DNA of 64,000 nucleotides from Pedococcus sp. (lineage in GTDB: Bacteria; Actinomycetota; Actinomycetes; Actinomycetales; Dermatophilaceae), in contig DASUKI010000101.1 of NCBI GenBank assembly GCA_036278855.1, positions 2,152 to 66,151 of the forward strand. Reading direction: 5' to 3'. Positions within the stretch are counted from its first letter, which is position 1. Every line of letters begins with the position of its first letter. This document shows, one piece after another, positions 34,854 to 45,182 of the stretch. Made by a program: the position numbers and the translations under genes. The notes under the pieces were generated by a model. That model was given only the letters and a program-made list of their open reading frames with translations. It was not told the DNA's origin and did not search any database.

Positions 34854-35090
34854 TCAGTCGGGGTCGCCGGGCAGCTTTCGTGGATCGGACGGCTCCGGGT
34901 GGTTGCGCAACCGTGCCTCGTGCTCGGCATCTTCACGAGCCCAGCGGGCCCGCCTCGAGTCGCGGGCCTTCTTGCGGATCCTTTGCAGCAGCGGCCAGCA
35001 CACGGCGATCACCAGCACGAGGATCGCGACATTGATCCACGAGAGCCCCTGTTGAGGTTGCTGGCCGGCGGCGGCGAGGGTCATGAGCAC
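34854..35090 (-). CDS. Small single-TM hypothetical protein
   Basis: WINVAILVLVIAVCWPLL then basic tail; TACACT -10 6 nt upstream of GTG. Confidence 0.65.
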   Translation of the reverse strand: MLMTLAAAGQQPQQGLSWINVAILVLVIAVCWPLLQRIRKKARDSRRARWAREDAEHEARLRNHPEPSDPRKLPGDPD

Positions 35091-35128
35091 CTACCCAGTG
35101 TAGGAACAGTGGGGCCGGCGGTGCGGCG

Positions 35129-36910
35129 TCAGTCCTTGATGTCTGCGATGACGGCGCCGTTGGTCACGGTCTCGCCGACGGAGGCGGTCAGGCCCGAGAT
35201 GGTGCCGGCCTTGTGCGCGTTGATCGGCTGCTCCATCTTCATCGCCTCGAGGACGACCACCAGGTCACCCTGTTCGACGGACTGTCCGTCCTCGACGGCG
35301 ATCTTGACGATCGTGCCCTGCATGGGGGCGGTCAGCGAGTCGCCGGACGCCTGGGTCCCGCCCTTGGAGCGGCTCGAGCGTCGCGGCGCCCGCTGCCGAT
35401 TCACCGCTGCGCTCCCTCCAACTGCGCCGAGCGCGAAGCCGCCGGGCAGCACCACCTCGAGCCTCTTGCCACCGACCTCGACGACGACCCGCTGGCGCTC
35501 CTCGTCCTGGTCCGGCGAGTCGGCGACCGGCCCGGCATACGGCTCGATCGTGTTGTCGAACTCGGTCTCGATCCACCGGGTGTGCGTCGAGAAGGGCTGC
35601 TCCGCGTCGGCGGGGGCGAAGGCCTCGTCCGAGACGACGGCGCGGTGGAAGGGCAACACCGTGGGCATGCCCTCGACGACGAACTCGTCCAGCGCCCGGC
35701 GAGAGCGCTCGAGCGCCTCGGTGCGGTCACGGCCCGTGACGATGAGCTTGGCCAGCATCGAATCGAAGGCGCCCGAGATGACGTCGCCGGCCTCGACGCC
35801 CGAGTCGAGGCGCACGCCCGGGCCCGAGGGGGGACGGAAGACGGAGACGACGCCGGGTGCCGGCAGGAACCCTCGCCCCGGGTCCTCGCCGTTGATGCGG
35901 AACTCGAAGCTGTGCCCGATCGGTTCGGGGTCGTCGTAGCCGAGCGGCTCACCGTTCGCGACGCGGAACTGCTCACGTACCAGGTCGACCCCGGTCACCT
36001 CCTCGGTGACGGGGTGCTCGACCTGCAGGCGGGTGTTGACCTCGAGGAACGAGATCGTGCCGTCCTGGCCCACGAGGAACTCACAGGTGCCGGCCCCCAC
36101 GTAGCCGGCCTCGGACAGGATCGCCTTCGACGCCCGCACCAGCTCGGCGTGCTGCTCGTCCGACAGGAACGGCGCGGGCGCCTCCTCGACCAGCTTCTGG
36201 TGCCGTCGCTGCAGCGAGCAATCGCGGGTGGAGACGACCACCACGTTGCCGTGCGTGTCGGCCAGGCACTGGGTCTCGACGTGCCGCGGCTTGTCCAGGT
36301 AGCGCTCGACGAAGCACTCGCCGCGGCCGAACGCCGCCACCGCCTCACGGACCGCGGAGTCGTAGAGCTCGGGCACCTCCTCGAGGGTGCGGGCGACCTT
36401 GAGGCCACGGCCGCCGCCACCGAAGGCGGCCTTGATGGCGATGGGCAGGCCGTGTTCCTCGGCGAAGGCGACGACCTCGTCGGAGCCCGAGACTGGGTCG
36501 GCGGTGCCGGGCACCAGGGGAGCGTTGGCCTTGGCAGCGATGTGCCGGGCCTGCACCTTGTCGCCGAGGGCGTCGATCGCCTCGGGCGGAGGGCCGATCC
36601 AGACCAGCCCGGCCTCGATCACCGCCCGCGCGAACGATGCGTTCTCGGAGAGGAACCCGTAACCGGGGTGCACCGCGTCGGCGCCGGCGCGCCGGGCGAT
36701 GTCGAGCAGCTTCTCCTGCACCAGGTAGGAGTCGGCCGGGGTCGTGCCGCCCAGCGCGTAGGCCTCGTCGGCGACCTTGACGTGCAGCGCGTCGCGGTCC
36801 GGGTCGGCATACACCGCAACGGAAGCAAGGCCGCTGTCCTTGCACGCGCGGGCGATGCGGACGGCGATCTCGCCGCGGTTGGCGATGAGGACAGTGCTGA
36901 TGGGCGCCAT
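35129..36910 (-). CDS. accA3: Acyl-CoA carboxylase alpha subunit (biotin carboxylase + BCCP)
   Basis: [39 protein letters not shown] biotin site. Confidence 0.95.
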   Translation of the reverse strand: MAPISTVLIANRGEIAVRIARACKDSGLASVAVYADPDRDALHVKVADEAYALGGTTPADSYLVQEKLLDIARRAGADAVHPGYGFLSENASFARAVIEAGLVWIGPPPEAIDALGDKVQARHIAAKANAPLVPGTADPVSGSDEVVAFAEEHGLPIAIKAAFGGGGRGLKVARTLEEVPELYDSAVREAVAAFGRGECFVERYLDKPRHVETQCLADTHGNVVVVSTRDCSLQRRHQKLVEEAPAPFLSDEQHAELVRASKAILSEAGYVGAGTCEFLVGQDGTISFLEVNTRLQVEHPVTEEVTGVDLVREQFRVANGEPLGYDDPEPIGHSFEFRINGEDPGRGFLPAPGVVSVFRPPSGPGVRLDSGVEAGDVISGAFDSMLAKLIVTGRDRTEALERSRRALDEFVVEGMPTVLPFHRAVVSDEAFAPADAEQPFSTHTRWIETEFDNTIEPYAGPVADSPDQDEERQRVVVEVGGKRLEVVLPGGFALGAVGGSAAVNRQRAPRRSSRSKGGTQASGDSLTAPMQGTIVKIAVEDGQSVEQGDLVVVLEAMKMEQPINAHKAGTISGLTASVGETVTNGAVIADIKD

Positions 36911-36990
36911 GGTGTCGGAGCCTAGCGCCTCCCGCGGGAGCCACCGGTCGTGGTCTCCGCGGCCCGGGTCCCACGGTTGCGGGGCACACC

Positions 36991-37425
36991 CTAGGGGCTG
37001 GCCGGCTCCAGCGCGCTCAGGTCTCGCCGGCAGCGCCGCTCGAGCTCGTCCAGCTCCTGCAGCGAGTCCTCGATGTCGCGCCTGCGTTGCTCGAGGTCCC
37101 GGCGACGGTCGGTGATCTGGCCGAGCAGGTAGGCGAGCTGGCCCTGCTCACCCGGCGGCTCGTCATACATGTTGACGATCCTGCTGATCTCCTCGAGGGG
37201 GAACCCGAGGCGCCTGCCGCGCAGGACCAGGGCGAGCCGGGTGCGGTCTCGGCGGTGGTAGACGCGCCGGGTGCCGCGCCGCTCCGGCGAGATCAGGCCG
37301 AGCTCCTCGTAGTGGCGGACCGTGCGGTGGGTGACCCCGAACTCCTGCGCCACCTCGGCGATCGTCCACTCCCGCGCGGGCTCGTCGGGCAGCGCGTCGG
37401 TGGGGGCGGTCGTCCGGCTTGTCAT
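36991..37425 (-). CDS. MerR family regulator, LiuR-like
   Basis: [31 protein letters not shown]; divergent from an acyl-CoA dehydrogenase gene. Confidence 0.88.
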   Translation of the reverse strand: MTSRTTAPTDALPDEPAREWTIAEVAQEFGVTHRTVRHYEELGLISPERRGTRRVYHRRDRTRLALVLRGRRLGFPLEEISRIVNMYDEPPGEQGQLAYLLGQITDRRRDLEQRRRDIEDSLQELDELERRCRRDLSALEPASP

Positions 37426-37440
37426 GGCGCTATCCTTGCC

Positions 37441-37461
37441 TTACGTTGACGTCAACGTCAA
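37441..37461. promoter_or_regulatory. LiuR-type operator (ACGT-N2-ACGT array)
   Basis: TTACGTTGACGTCAACGTCAA, three ACGT cores, in the divergent spacer. Confidence 0.75.
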
Positions 37462-37498
37462 CCGTTCCGAGAGACTGCGTCCTCCAGAAAGGCCCACC

Positions 37499-38683
37499 AT
37501 GTTCGAGCTCTCCCAGGACCACGAGGACTTCCGCAGGCTGGTCCGCGAGTTCGCCGAGGCCGAGATCGCCCCGCACATCGCCGACTGGGACCGCAAGCAC
37601 TACTTCCCGACCGAGCTGGTCCCCAAGATGGGCGAGCTCGGGCTCTTCGGGCTGGTCGCGCCGGAGGAGTATGGCGGCGCCGGACTCGCCGAGGGTGCGT
37701 TCACCTACCAGTGCCTCGCCATCGAGGAGCTCGGCCGGGTCGACCAGTCGATCGGCATCACCCTCTCGGCCGGCGTGGGCCTCGGCATCAACCCGATCCT
37801 CACCTACGGCTCGGCGGAGCAGAAGCAGCAGTGGCTGCCCGACCTCGTCGCCGGTCGTGCGCTCGCCGGATTCGGGCTGACCGAGCCGGAGGCCGGCTCC
37901 GACGCCGCCGCGACCAGGACGCGCGCCCGGTTGGACGGCGACGAGTGGGTGATCAACGGGGCCAAGGCCTTCATCACCAACTCCGGCACCGACATCACGT
38001 CCGTGGTCACCGTCACCGCGAAGACGGGCGAGAACGTGGACGGGTCGCCGCAGCTGAGCGCCATCATGGTGCCGGCCGGGACGCCCGGGTTCACGGTCGA
38101 GCCGGGCTACGAAAAGCTCGGCTGGCACGTGTCCGACACCCACGGGCTGAGCTTCGACGACTGCCGCGTGCCGGCCGCAAACCTCCTGGGCGAGCAGGGA
38201 TCCGGCTTCAGGCAGTTCCTCAAGACCCTCGATGACGGCCGCATCGCGATCAGCGCGCTCGCGGTCGGCCTGGCGCAGGCGTGCCTCGAGGCGACGACCG
38301 ACTATGCGGGAAGCCGGATCGCGTTCGGCAAGCCGATCGGGGCCAACCAGGGGGTTGCCTTCCCGCTCGCGGACCTGGCCGTGATGGTCGAGGCGTCGCG
38401 GCTGCTGACCTACAAGGCGGCGTGGCTCAAGGACGAGCTCACCGCCGGTCGCCGCTCGGTGCGGGAGGTCAAGCAGGCGGCCGCGATCTGCAAGGTCTAC
38501 TCCACCGAGGCGGCCGTGACCGCGACCCGCATCGCCACCCAGGTCTTCGGCGGCAACGGTTTCATGGAGGAGTTCCCGGTGGCGCGGTTCTACCGTGATG
38601 CGAAGATCCTCGAGATCGGTGAGGGCACGAGCGAGGTCCAGCGCATGGTCATCGCCCGTGGCCTCGGACTGCCCCAAGCGTGA
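37499..38683 (+). CDS. Acyl-CoA dehydrogenase
   Basis: FGLTEPEAGSD, INGAKAFITN, RIAFGKPI, QVFGGNG, IGEGTSEVQR. Confidence 0.93.
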   Translation: MFELSQDHEDFRRLVREFAEAEIAPHIADWDRKHYFPTELVPKMGELGLFGLVAPEEYGGAGLAEGAFTYQCLAIEELGRVDQSIGITLSAGVGLGINPILTYGSAEQKQQWLPDLVAGRALAGFGLTEPEAGSDAAATRTRARLDGDEWVINGAKAFITNSGTDITSVVTVTAKTGENVDGSPQLSAIMVPAGTPGFTVEPGYEKLGWHVSDTHGLSFDDCRVPAANLLGEQGSGFRQFLKTLDDGRIAISALAVGLAQACLEATTDYAGSRIAFGKPIGANQGVAFPLADLAVMVEASRLLTYKAAWLKDELTAGRRSVREVKQAAAICKVYSTEAAVTATRIATQVFGGNGFMEEFPVARFYRDAKILEIGEGTSEVQRMVIARGLGLPQA

Positions 38684-38729
38684 GCTGCGCATGAACTCCA
38701 CCTGGTCACGACAGGAGACGTCGGTATGA
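38680..38729 (+). other. Two chained RTGA-overlapped micro-ORFs spanning the spacer
   Basis: GTG38680 VSCA* then ATG38691 MNSTWSRQETSV* then ATG38726. Confidence 0.5.
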
Positions 38730-40330
38730 CGAGTCACCCCACCTCCCGATCCGCTTCGGGGCCCGCGCCGTTCTCCGGACCGACGCAGGGTGGTGACCCG
38801 AAGGTCGCGGACGTGCGGGCCCGGCTCACCGCGGCGCACCTGGCGTCCGAGACGCTCACCGACAAGGCCCGCGCCAAGCTCGACGCGCAGGGCAAGCTCT
38901 ACGTCCGGGACCGGATCGCGCTGCTCTTCGACGAGGGCTCGTTCGTCGAGGACGGCCGCTTCGCCAACGCCATGGCGTCCGGGCTGCCTGCCGACGGTGT
39001 GGTGACCGGGCGGGGGACGGTCGACGGCCGACCGGCGATCGTCGTGGCCAACGACCCGACCGTCAAGGCCGGTTCGTGGGGTGCTCGCACGGTTGAGAAG
39101 ATCATCCGCGCCACCGAGGCGGCGCTGCGCGAGGAGCTGCCGGTCTTCTGGTTCATCGACTCCGCCGGCGCGCGCATCACCGACCAGGTCCAGCTCTTCC
39201 CGGGCCGCCGGGGCGCCGGGCGGATCTTCCACAACCAGGTGGCGCTGTCGGGCAAGGTGCCCCAGATCTGTTGTCTCTTCGGGCCGTCCGCGGCCGGGGG
39301 TGCCTACATCCCCGCCTTCACCGACCTGGTGATCATGGTCGACGGAAACGCGTCGATGTACCTCGGCAGTCCGCGGATGGCCGAGATGGTGGTGGGCGAG
39401 AAGGTCTCGCTCGAGGACATGGGCGGCGCCCGCATGCACTGCTCGGTCTCCGGATGCGGTGACCTGCTGGCGGAGGACGACACCGAGGCGGTCGAGCTCG
39501 CCAGGCTCTACTTCTCCTACGTGCCGTCGAACTGGCGGGGTGCCCCTCCGTCATACGTGCCCGAGGAGCCGGCCCAGGAGCTGACTCCGACCACGGTGCC
39601 CGAGCGGGAGAGCACACCGTTCGACGTCCACGAGGTGATCGACGGGCTGGTGGACGCCGACTCGTTCTTCGAGATCAAACCGCTGTTCGCCCCCGAGCTG
39701 GTCGTCGGCTTCGGGCGGATGGCCGGGGAGACCGTCGGCCTCGTCGCCAACAACTCGGCGGTCAAGGGAGGTGTGCTGTTCACCGACAGCGCCGACAAGG
39801 CCGCCCGCTTCATCTGGTTGTGTGACGCGTTCAACATCCCGCTCATCTACCTCGCCGACGTGCCTGGTTTCATGATCGGCTCGGAGGTCGAGCGCGGCGG
39901 CATCATCCGGCACGGCGCGAAGATGGTCACCGCGGTCTCCGAGGCGACGGTGCCGCAGTTCTGCGTCGTGGTGCGGAAGGCCTACGGCGCCGGGCTCTAC
40001 GCGATGGCCGGGCCGGGCTTCGGTCCGGACGCGACGCTGGCACTGCCGACCGCCCGCATCGCGGTGATGGGTCCCGAGGCGGCCGTCAACGCCGTGTATG
40101 CCAACAAGATCAACGCGATCGAGGACCCGGCGGAGCGCGAGCAGTTCATCCAGGACAAGCGCGCCGAGTACGAACAGGACGTCGACCTCGAGCGGCTCCT
40201 CTCCGACCTGGTGCTCGACGGTGTCGTGGAGGCCGACGCGCTCCGTGGCGAGCTGCTGCACCGGCTGCGCTACGCCGCGCGCCGCGACCGCGGCTTCAGC
40301 GAGCGTCGTCGCGGCGTGCCCCCGGTCTGA
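38726..40330 (+). CDS. Acyl-CoA carboxylase beta subunit (carboxyltransferase)
   Basis: DSAGARI, GPSAAGGAY, ADVPGFMIG, RKAYGAG. Confidence 0.93.
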   Translation: MTSHPTSRSASGPAPFSGPTQGGDPKVADVRARLTAAHLASETLTDKARAKLDAQGKLYVRDRIALLFDEGSFVEDGRFANAMASGLPADGVVTGRGTVDGRPAIVVANDPTVKAGSWGARTVEKIIRATEAALREELPVFWFIDSAGARITDQVQLFPGRRGAGRIFHNQVALSGKVPQICCLFGPSAAGGAYIPAFTDLVIMVDGNASMYLGSPRMAEMVVGEKVSLEDMGGARMHCSVSGCGDLLAEDDTEAVELARLYFSYVPSNWRGAPPSYVPEEPAQELTPTTVPERESTPFDVHEVIDGLVDADSFFEIKPLFAPELVVGFGRMAGETVGLVANNSAVKGGVLFTDSADKAARFIWLCDAFNIPLIYLADVPGFMIGSEVERGGIIRHGAKMVTAVSEATVPQFCVVVRKAYGAGLYAMAGPGFGPDATLALPTARIAVMGPEAAVNAVYANKINAIEDPAEREQFIQDKRAEYEQDVDLERLLSDLVLDGVVEADALRGELLHRLRYAARRDRGFSERRRGVPPV

Positions 40331-40345
40331 CCCACACCGACGGCC

Positions 40346-40666
40346 TCAGGCGTCGGAGCGCAGGGCTTGCGCCCAGTGGTCCTGAAGGGCCCGGCTGCCC
40401 CTGGTGGTGAGCGAGAGCCAGACGCCTCGGCGCCGGGCGATCGTGCCGCGGCTCGTGGTCACCAGGCCCGCGCGGGAGAGCATCGCCACCTGCCTCGACA
40501 GCACCGAGCCGGAGACCTCGACGGCGTCACGGACGAACGCGAAGTCGGCCCGGTCCACCCCGGCGAGCGTGGCCAGGATGCGTCGGCGCAGCGGCGAGTC
40601 GAGCACCAGCTCGAGCTCGCGAGTAGGTCGGTGGTCATGCTGTTCGCGTCGTTCTGTCGTCGTCAT
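40346..40666 (-). CDS. Winged-helix (ArsR/MarR-like) transcriptional regulator
   Basis: PLRRRILATL, DFAFVRDAV, SVLSRQVAML, WLSLT..G. Confidence 0.75.
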   Translation of the reverse strand: MTTTERREQHDHRPTRELELVLDSPLRRRILATLAGVDRADFAFVRDAVEVSGSVLSRQVAMLSRAGLVTTSRGTIARRRGVWLSLTTRGSRALQDHWAQALRSDA

Positions 40667-40883
40667 GCCTGTCCCTCGAGTAGACCGCGTGCGGTGCGGG
40701 GGCCGGAGCGGCACTTCGACGCTAGGCAAGCACGACGGTGTCGGTCAACGGAATAACCGCGAGCTGGGCCGTCCGCGCAAGACATCCATGGCGGCGGACC
40801 CCGCTGCGAGCCGGTGGCTGAGCCGGACGGTCACTATCTGGACCACTCATCACGGAAAGGGCGAGGGTTCCTAACCTCCGGTT

Positions 40884-42359
40884 ATGCCTTCATCCGTCCC
40901 CACCGCGCCGGCGATCCCGGCGGGTGAGCCCCTCGTCATCCGATCCGCTGCCGACGTCGCCCGTGCCGTCGCGCACCACGCCACGCCGCGCCGGGGTGCG
41001 GCGATGGTGGTGCTGCTCGCGTTCGGCGGTGTCTTCATGGACGCCTACGACTTCTCCTCGATCGCGTTCGGGATCACCGAGATCAAGCGGCAGTTCGGGC
41101 TGAGCGGCACCATGACGGGAGTCGTCAACGCCGCCATCATGGTGGGCGCAGCCCTCGGCGCGCTGTCCGGCGGCGTGCTGGTCGACCGGATCGGTCGCTA
41201 CCGGCTGTTCATGGCCGACATGGTGTTCTTCGTCGTCGCAGCGATCGGCTGCGCGCTGGCGCCGGACGTCTGGACCCTCATCGTCTTCCGCTTCCTGATG
41301 GGCATCGGGGTCGGGCTGGACATGCCGGTCGCCATGGCGTTCCTCGCCGAGTTCTCCTCGTTGCGCGGACGGGGCAACCGCAGCCAGCGGGTGAACGGCT
41401 GGTCCCCGGCCTGGTACGCGGCCACCGGGTTCGGCTACCTGGTGGTGCTGGTGCTGTTTCTCGCCCTGCCCGATTCCAGCCAGGCGCACCTGTGGCGCTA
41501 CGTCGTCGGCTTCGGCGCAGTGCCCGCTCTCGTGGTGCTGGTCGTCCGGCGGCGCTACCTCAAGGAGTCACCGCAGTGGCTGGCCGGGCAGGGCGACCTG
41601 CGTGGCGCCGCCGACATCCTGCGCAGCACCTACGGCATCGACGCCGAGCTGGCGCCGGACGTCGCCGCGACCAGCTCCCGCCCGTCGCTGCGGTCCCGCC
41701 GCGCAGCGCTCACCAGGCTGTGGTCGCCGCAGTACCGTGTGCGGACCCTGGCCGCGCTCGCCATCGCGGTGTTCTCCACGTTCGGCTACAACGCGGTGGC
41801 CTACGGCACCCCGCTGATCATCGCGAACCTCTTCCACCAGGGCGAGCTGACCACGATCGTGTCGTCGCTGGTGATCAACATCGGCTTCGGCGTGGTGGGC
41901 GGTCTGCTCGGGGTCGCCCTGGTGAGCCGGGCCGGCGCCCGCTCACTGACGCTGGTCGGGTTCGGGTTGCAGACGGCCTCGCTGGTGGTGCTGGCGGTGA
42001 TCGGTGTCCCGACCGGCGCCGTGCTCGGCATCGCCGTGATCATGCTCGCCGTCTTCATCTTCGCGCAGGCCGGCGGGCCGGGCGCGACCCAGATGGCCTA
42101 CGCGACGCTCAGCTACCCCACGAGCCTGCGCGGCACCGGCGTCGGCTTCACCGAGGGCACCAAGCGGCTCTTCTCGGTCGTGTCCCTGTTCTTCTTCCCG
42201 ATCCTCGCCACGTCCATGGGCTCCGGGGTCTTCTGGCTGATCGCGATCTTCCCGCTGCTCGGTTTCCTGTCGCTGGCCGTGATCCGGTGGGACCCCACCG
42301 GGGTCGACACGGACGCAGAGGACTTCGCAGGCAGCGAGCGCCTCGAGCCGGCCCGCTGA
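40884..42359 (+). CDS. MFS transporter (sugar-porter/YaaU-like)
   Basis: FMDAYD, DRIGR, RFLMGIGVG, ESPQWL, YPTSLRG; about 12 TMs. Confidence 0.9.
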   Translation: MPSSVPTAPAIPAGEPLVIRSAADVARAVAHHATPRRGAAMVVLLAFGGVFMDAYDFSSIAFGITEIKRQFGLSGTMTGVVNAAIMVGAALGALSGGVLVDRIGRYRLFMADMVFFVVAAIGCALAPDVWTLIVFRFLMGIGVGLDMPVAMAFLAEFSSLRGRGNRSQRVNGWSPAWYAATGFGYLVVLVLFLALPDSSQAHLWRYVVGFGAVPALVVLVVRRRYLKESPQWLAGQGDLRGAADILRSTYGIDAELAPDVAATSSRPSLRSRRAALTRLWSPQYRVRTLAALAIAVFSTFGYNAVAYGTPLIIANLFHQGELTTIVSSLVINIGFGVVGGLLGVALVSRAGARSLTLVGFGLQTASLVVLAVIGVPTGAVLGIAVIMLAVFIFAQAGGPGATQMAYATLSYPTSLRGTGVGFTEGTKRLFSVVSLFFFPILATSMGSGVFWLIAIFPLLGFLSLAVIRWDPTGVDTDAEDFAGSERLEPAR

Positions 42360-42482
42360 GCGCGATCGCGGCCGCTGTCGCACCGATGAGCGCGGCCGCG
42401 GCCGGCTGTCGCACGGCTCCTGCCCAGCCCTTCGCCGGCGCCGGCGGTCCTGTTCCGGGCCACCGGCACCCCCAGGGGCCGG

Positions 42483-43163
42483 TCACGCGTCGGGAGGGCC
42501 GACCAGCTCGAACCAGCCGACCCCGACGTCCCTCAACAGGTCGCGCAGCAAGGGCAGGCTGAGCCCGACCACCGTGTGGTGGTCTCCCTCGATGCTGGCG
42601 ACGAACGCCCCGCCGAGACCGTCGATGGTGAACGCCCCTGCCACGCGCAAGGGTTCACCGGTTGCGACATACGCCTCGATCTCCGCGTCGGACAGGTCGG
42701 CGAAGTGCACGGTCGTGGAGCTCACCGCGCCGATGGTGGCGCCGGTGCCACCATCGGCCGGGTCACGGTCGTCCACCAGCCAGTGGCCGCTGTGCAGGAC
42801 GCCGGACCGCCCCCGCATCCGCCGCCACCGAGCGACGGCTTCCGCACTGTCCGTGGGCTTGCCGTGCGCCTCACCGTCGAGCTCGAGCACCGAGTCGCAG
42901 CCGAGCACGAGCGCGTCCGCCGGCGCGTCGGCGGGGCCCCCGTCGGTGGCGAGCACGTGGGCCACCGCCTCGCACTTCGCGCGAGCCAGCAGCAGCGCGA
43001 CGTCCTCGGGGGCCAGCCTCCCGTTCACGGCGGTGGCCTCCGCGACGGCCGCGTCCTCGTCCACGTGGGAGACGAGCACGTATGGCGTGATGCCGGCAGC
43101 CGTGAGCGTCTCCCGTCGCGCGGGGGAGGCAGAGGCGAGGACGAGCGGGATCGGCGCGGGCAC
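42483..43163 (-). CDS. maf: Maf family nucleoside triphosphate pyrophosphatase
   Basis: LVLASASPAR, LGCDS, GKP, VAGAFTIDG, VVGL. Confidence 0.92.
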   Translation of the reverse strand: MPAPIPLVLASASPARRETLTAAGITPYVLVSHVDEDAAVAEATAVNGRLAPEDVALLLARAKCEAVAHVLATDGGPADAPADALVLGCDSVLELDGEAHGKPTDSAEAVARWRRMRGRSGVLHSGHWLVDDRDPADGGTGATIGAVSSTTVHFADLSDAEIEAYVATGEPLRVAGAFTIDGLGGAFVASIEGDHHTVVGLSLPLLRDLLRDVGVGWFELVGPPDA

Positions 43164-43241
43164 CCCGCGAGATTAGCGCCCAGCGGTGCCGGGTGCGCGT
43201 GCAGAGTCCGCGGGTTCGCGGAGTTGGTCCGGTGGGGCCCG

Positions 43242-45101
43242 TCAGCCGGTGATCTGGTCCACGAAGCACCAGCGCCACGCCTCGCCCGGCTCGAAGCTGC
43301 GGATGACGGGGTGACCGGTGTCGTGGTAGTGGCGCCGGGCGTGCTGGCCCTCCGACGAGTCGCAGCAGCCCACGTTGCCGCAGGCGAGGCACAACCGCAG
43401 GTGCACGGTGCGGGTGCCCTCGCGCTCACAGTCCGGGCAGCCGTGCGGGGTCTTCGGGGTCACGTGCAGATCGGCGTGGCGCAGGTGTTCGCACCCGCCT
43501 TGGTCCAGCCCCGACCGCAGGGTCGCGTCGTTGAGGTCCCGGGTGCGCGCGTCGAGCCGGTCCAGCATCGACTCCTCCAGGTCGAGCGCGGCCATCACGT
43601 GGCTGAGCACCTCGTGGTCCGCGGTGCCCGAGTCGCGGATCTCCAGGACGGAGGCCCGCTCGGCCTGCAGCATCTCGAGGCGGAGCCGGCGGTAGGACTC
43701 GCCCGGCGTCTCCTCGCCGCTGTCGCCGCCCAGACGCTCCCAGACGACGTTGGTGCGTCGCTGGGAACGCTCCCGCAGCGTGCGCACCGTGTCGGTGTCG
43801 ACGCCCTCCTGCAGGTCGTCGAGGACGGCCAGTCCCGCGGCGACTGCGGTCTGCAGCACGGTGGCCTCCTGGAGCGCGTCCTCGCGGGGGTCCGGGCCGT
43901 GGACGTTCAGCCGTCGGGCGAGCCAGGGCAGCGTCGAACCCTGCAACAACAGCGTTCCCGCGGTGACGACCATCGCGATCAGCACGAGGACCTCGCGGTG
44001 CTCGGTCTCGCTCGGCAGGATGAAGGCGGCGGCCAGGGTGACCACGCCCCGCATCCCCGCCCACGCGACGATGGCGGAGTGGGTCCACGGCGTGCGCTCC
44101 CCCTGCTCGGAGTGCTCGTGCAGCACGAGGCCACGCAGCGGGAAGACCCAGATCGGCCGCAGCAGGATGGTGGCCGCAAGGACGCCCGCGCTGGCCACGG
44201 CGATGGTGCTCCACGGCACGGGTGAGCTGCCGACATCGGTGAGGATCGTGCGCATCTGGAGTCCGATGAGCAAGAAGACGGCGTTCTCCAGCAGAAACTG
44301 GACGGTGGTCCAGTTGATCCCTGCCGCGAGCCGCGCCGAGGCGCTCTGGATGCGAGTGGCCTGGTGGGCCAGCACCAGCCCCGCGACCACGACGGCGAGG
44401 ACGCCGGACGCGTGGATGTGCTCAGCAGGCAGGTAGGCCACGAACGGGGTGACGAAGGACAACGCGGTGTCAGTGGCAGTGTGCGTGATCCGCTTGCGGA
44501 TCACGCCCATGATCCCGGCGGTCACCAGACCGACCGCCAACCCGCCGAACGCCGAGAGGAGGAAGTGTCCGAGGACCGGCCAGAGGCTGAAGGAACCGCC
44601 GATCGCGGCGATCGCCGTCCGCACGAGCACCAGGGCGGTCGCGTCGTTGACCAGCGACTCTCCCTCGAGCACGGTGACGATGCGACGGGGCAGACCGATC
44701 CGCCGGGCGATGCTGGTGGCGGCGACGGCATCCGGCGGAGCCACGACCGCTCCGAGTGCGAACGCCGCGCTGAAGGGCACCGGCAGCAGCCACCACGCCA
44801 CCAGCCCGACACCGGCGGCGGTGAAGATCACCAGGCCCACGGAGAGGAATCCGATGGCGGACTTGTTGCTCCGGAAGTCGACGAGCGAGCTCTGCATCGC
44901 GGCGGCATACAGCAGCGGCGGCAGCAGCCCCACCAGGACGAGTTCGGGGCTGAGGGGCACCGTGGGCAGGAACGGCATGAAGGACGCCAGGATCCCGATC
45001 ACGATCAGCAGCAGCGGCGCGGGCAGCTCGAAGCGGCGGGCGACCGCCGCGAAGACGAGGATCGTGGCGGTGAGCGACACGAGCAGCAGTGCGACGTCCA
45101 C
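43242..45101 (-). CDS. CPA1 Na+/H+ antiporter with C-terminal UBP-type zinc finger
   Basis: LPPLLY, PPDAVA, EGESLVND, GMRGVVTLA; C-terminal CEH...CPDC...HLRLCLACGNVGCCDS...HARRH...WCFVD. Confidence 0.9.
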   Translation of the reverse strand: MDVALLLVSLTATILVFAAVARRFELPAPLLLIVIGILASFMPFLPTVPLSPELVLVGLLPPLLYAAAMQSSLVDFRSNKSAIGFLSVGLVIFTAAGVGLVAWWLLPVPFSAAFALGAVVAPPDAVAATSIARRIGLPRRIVTVLEGESLVNDATALVLVRTAIAAIGGSFSLWPVLGHFLLSAFGGLAVGLVTAGIMGVIRKRITHTATDTALSFVTPFVAYLPAEHIHASGVLAVVVAGLVLAHQATRIQSASARLAAGINWTTVQFLLENAVFLLIGLQMRTILTDVGSSPVPWSTIAVASAGVLAATILLRPIWVFPLRGLVLHEHSEQGERTPWTHSAIVAWAGMRGVVTLAAAFILPSETEHREVLVLIAMVVTAGTLLLQGSTLPWLARRLNVHGPDPREDALQEATVLQTAVAAGLAVLDDLQEGVDTDTVRTLRERSQRRTNVVWERLGGDSGEETPGESYRRLRLEMLQAERASVLEIRDSGTADHEVLSHVMAALDLEESMLDRLDARTRDLNDATLRSGLDQGGCEHLRHADLHVTPKTPHGCPDCEREGTRTVHLRLCLACGNVGCCDSSEGQHARRHYHDTGHPVIRSFEPGEAWRWCFVDQITG

Positions 45102-45138
45102 GCGGTGATCCTGTCAGACCGCGGGCGAGGTTCGGGAC

Positions 45139-45173
45139 GCGACGACGACAGCGGCGAGGGTGGAGCGGAGCGA
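45139..45173 (+). repeat. Dispersed intergenic repeat (second copy at 58829-58861)
   Basis: GCGACGACGACAGCGGCGAGGGTGGAGCGGAGCGA. Confidence 0.7.
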
Positions 45174-45182
45174 TGCGGACTG

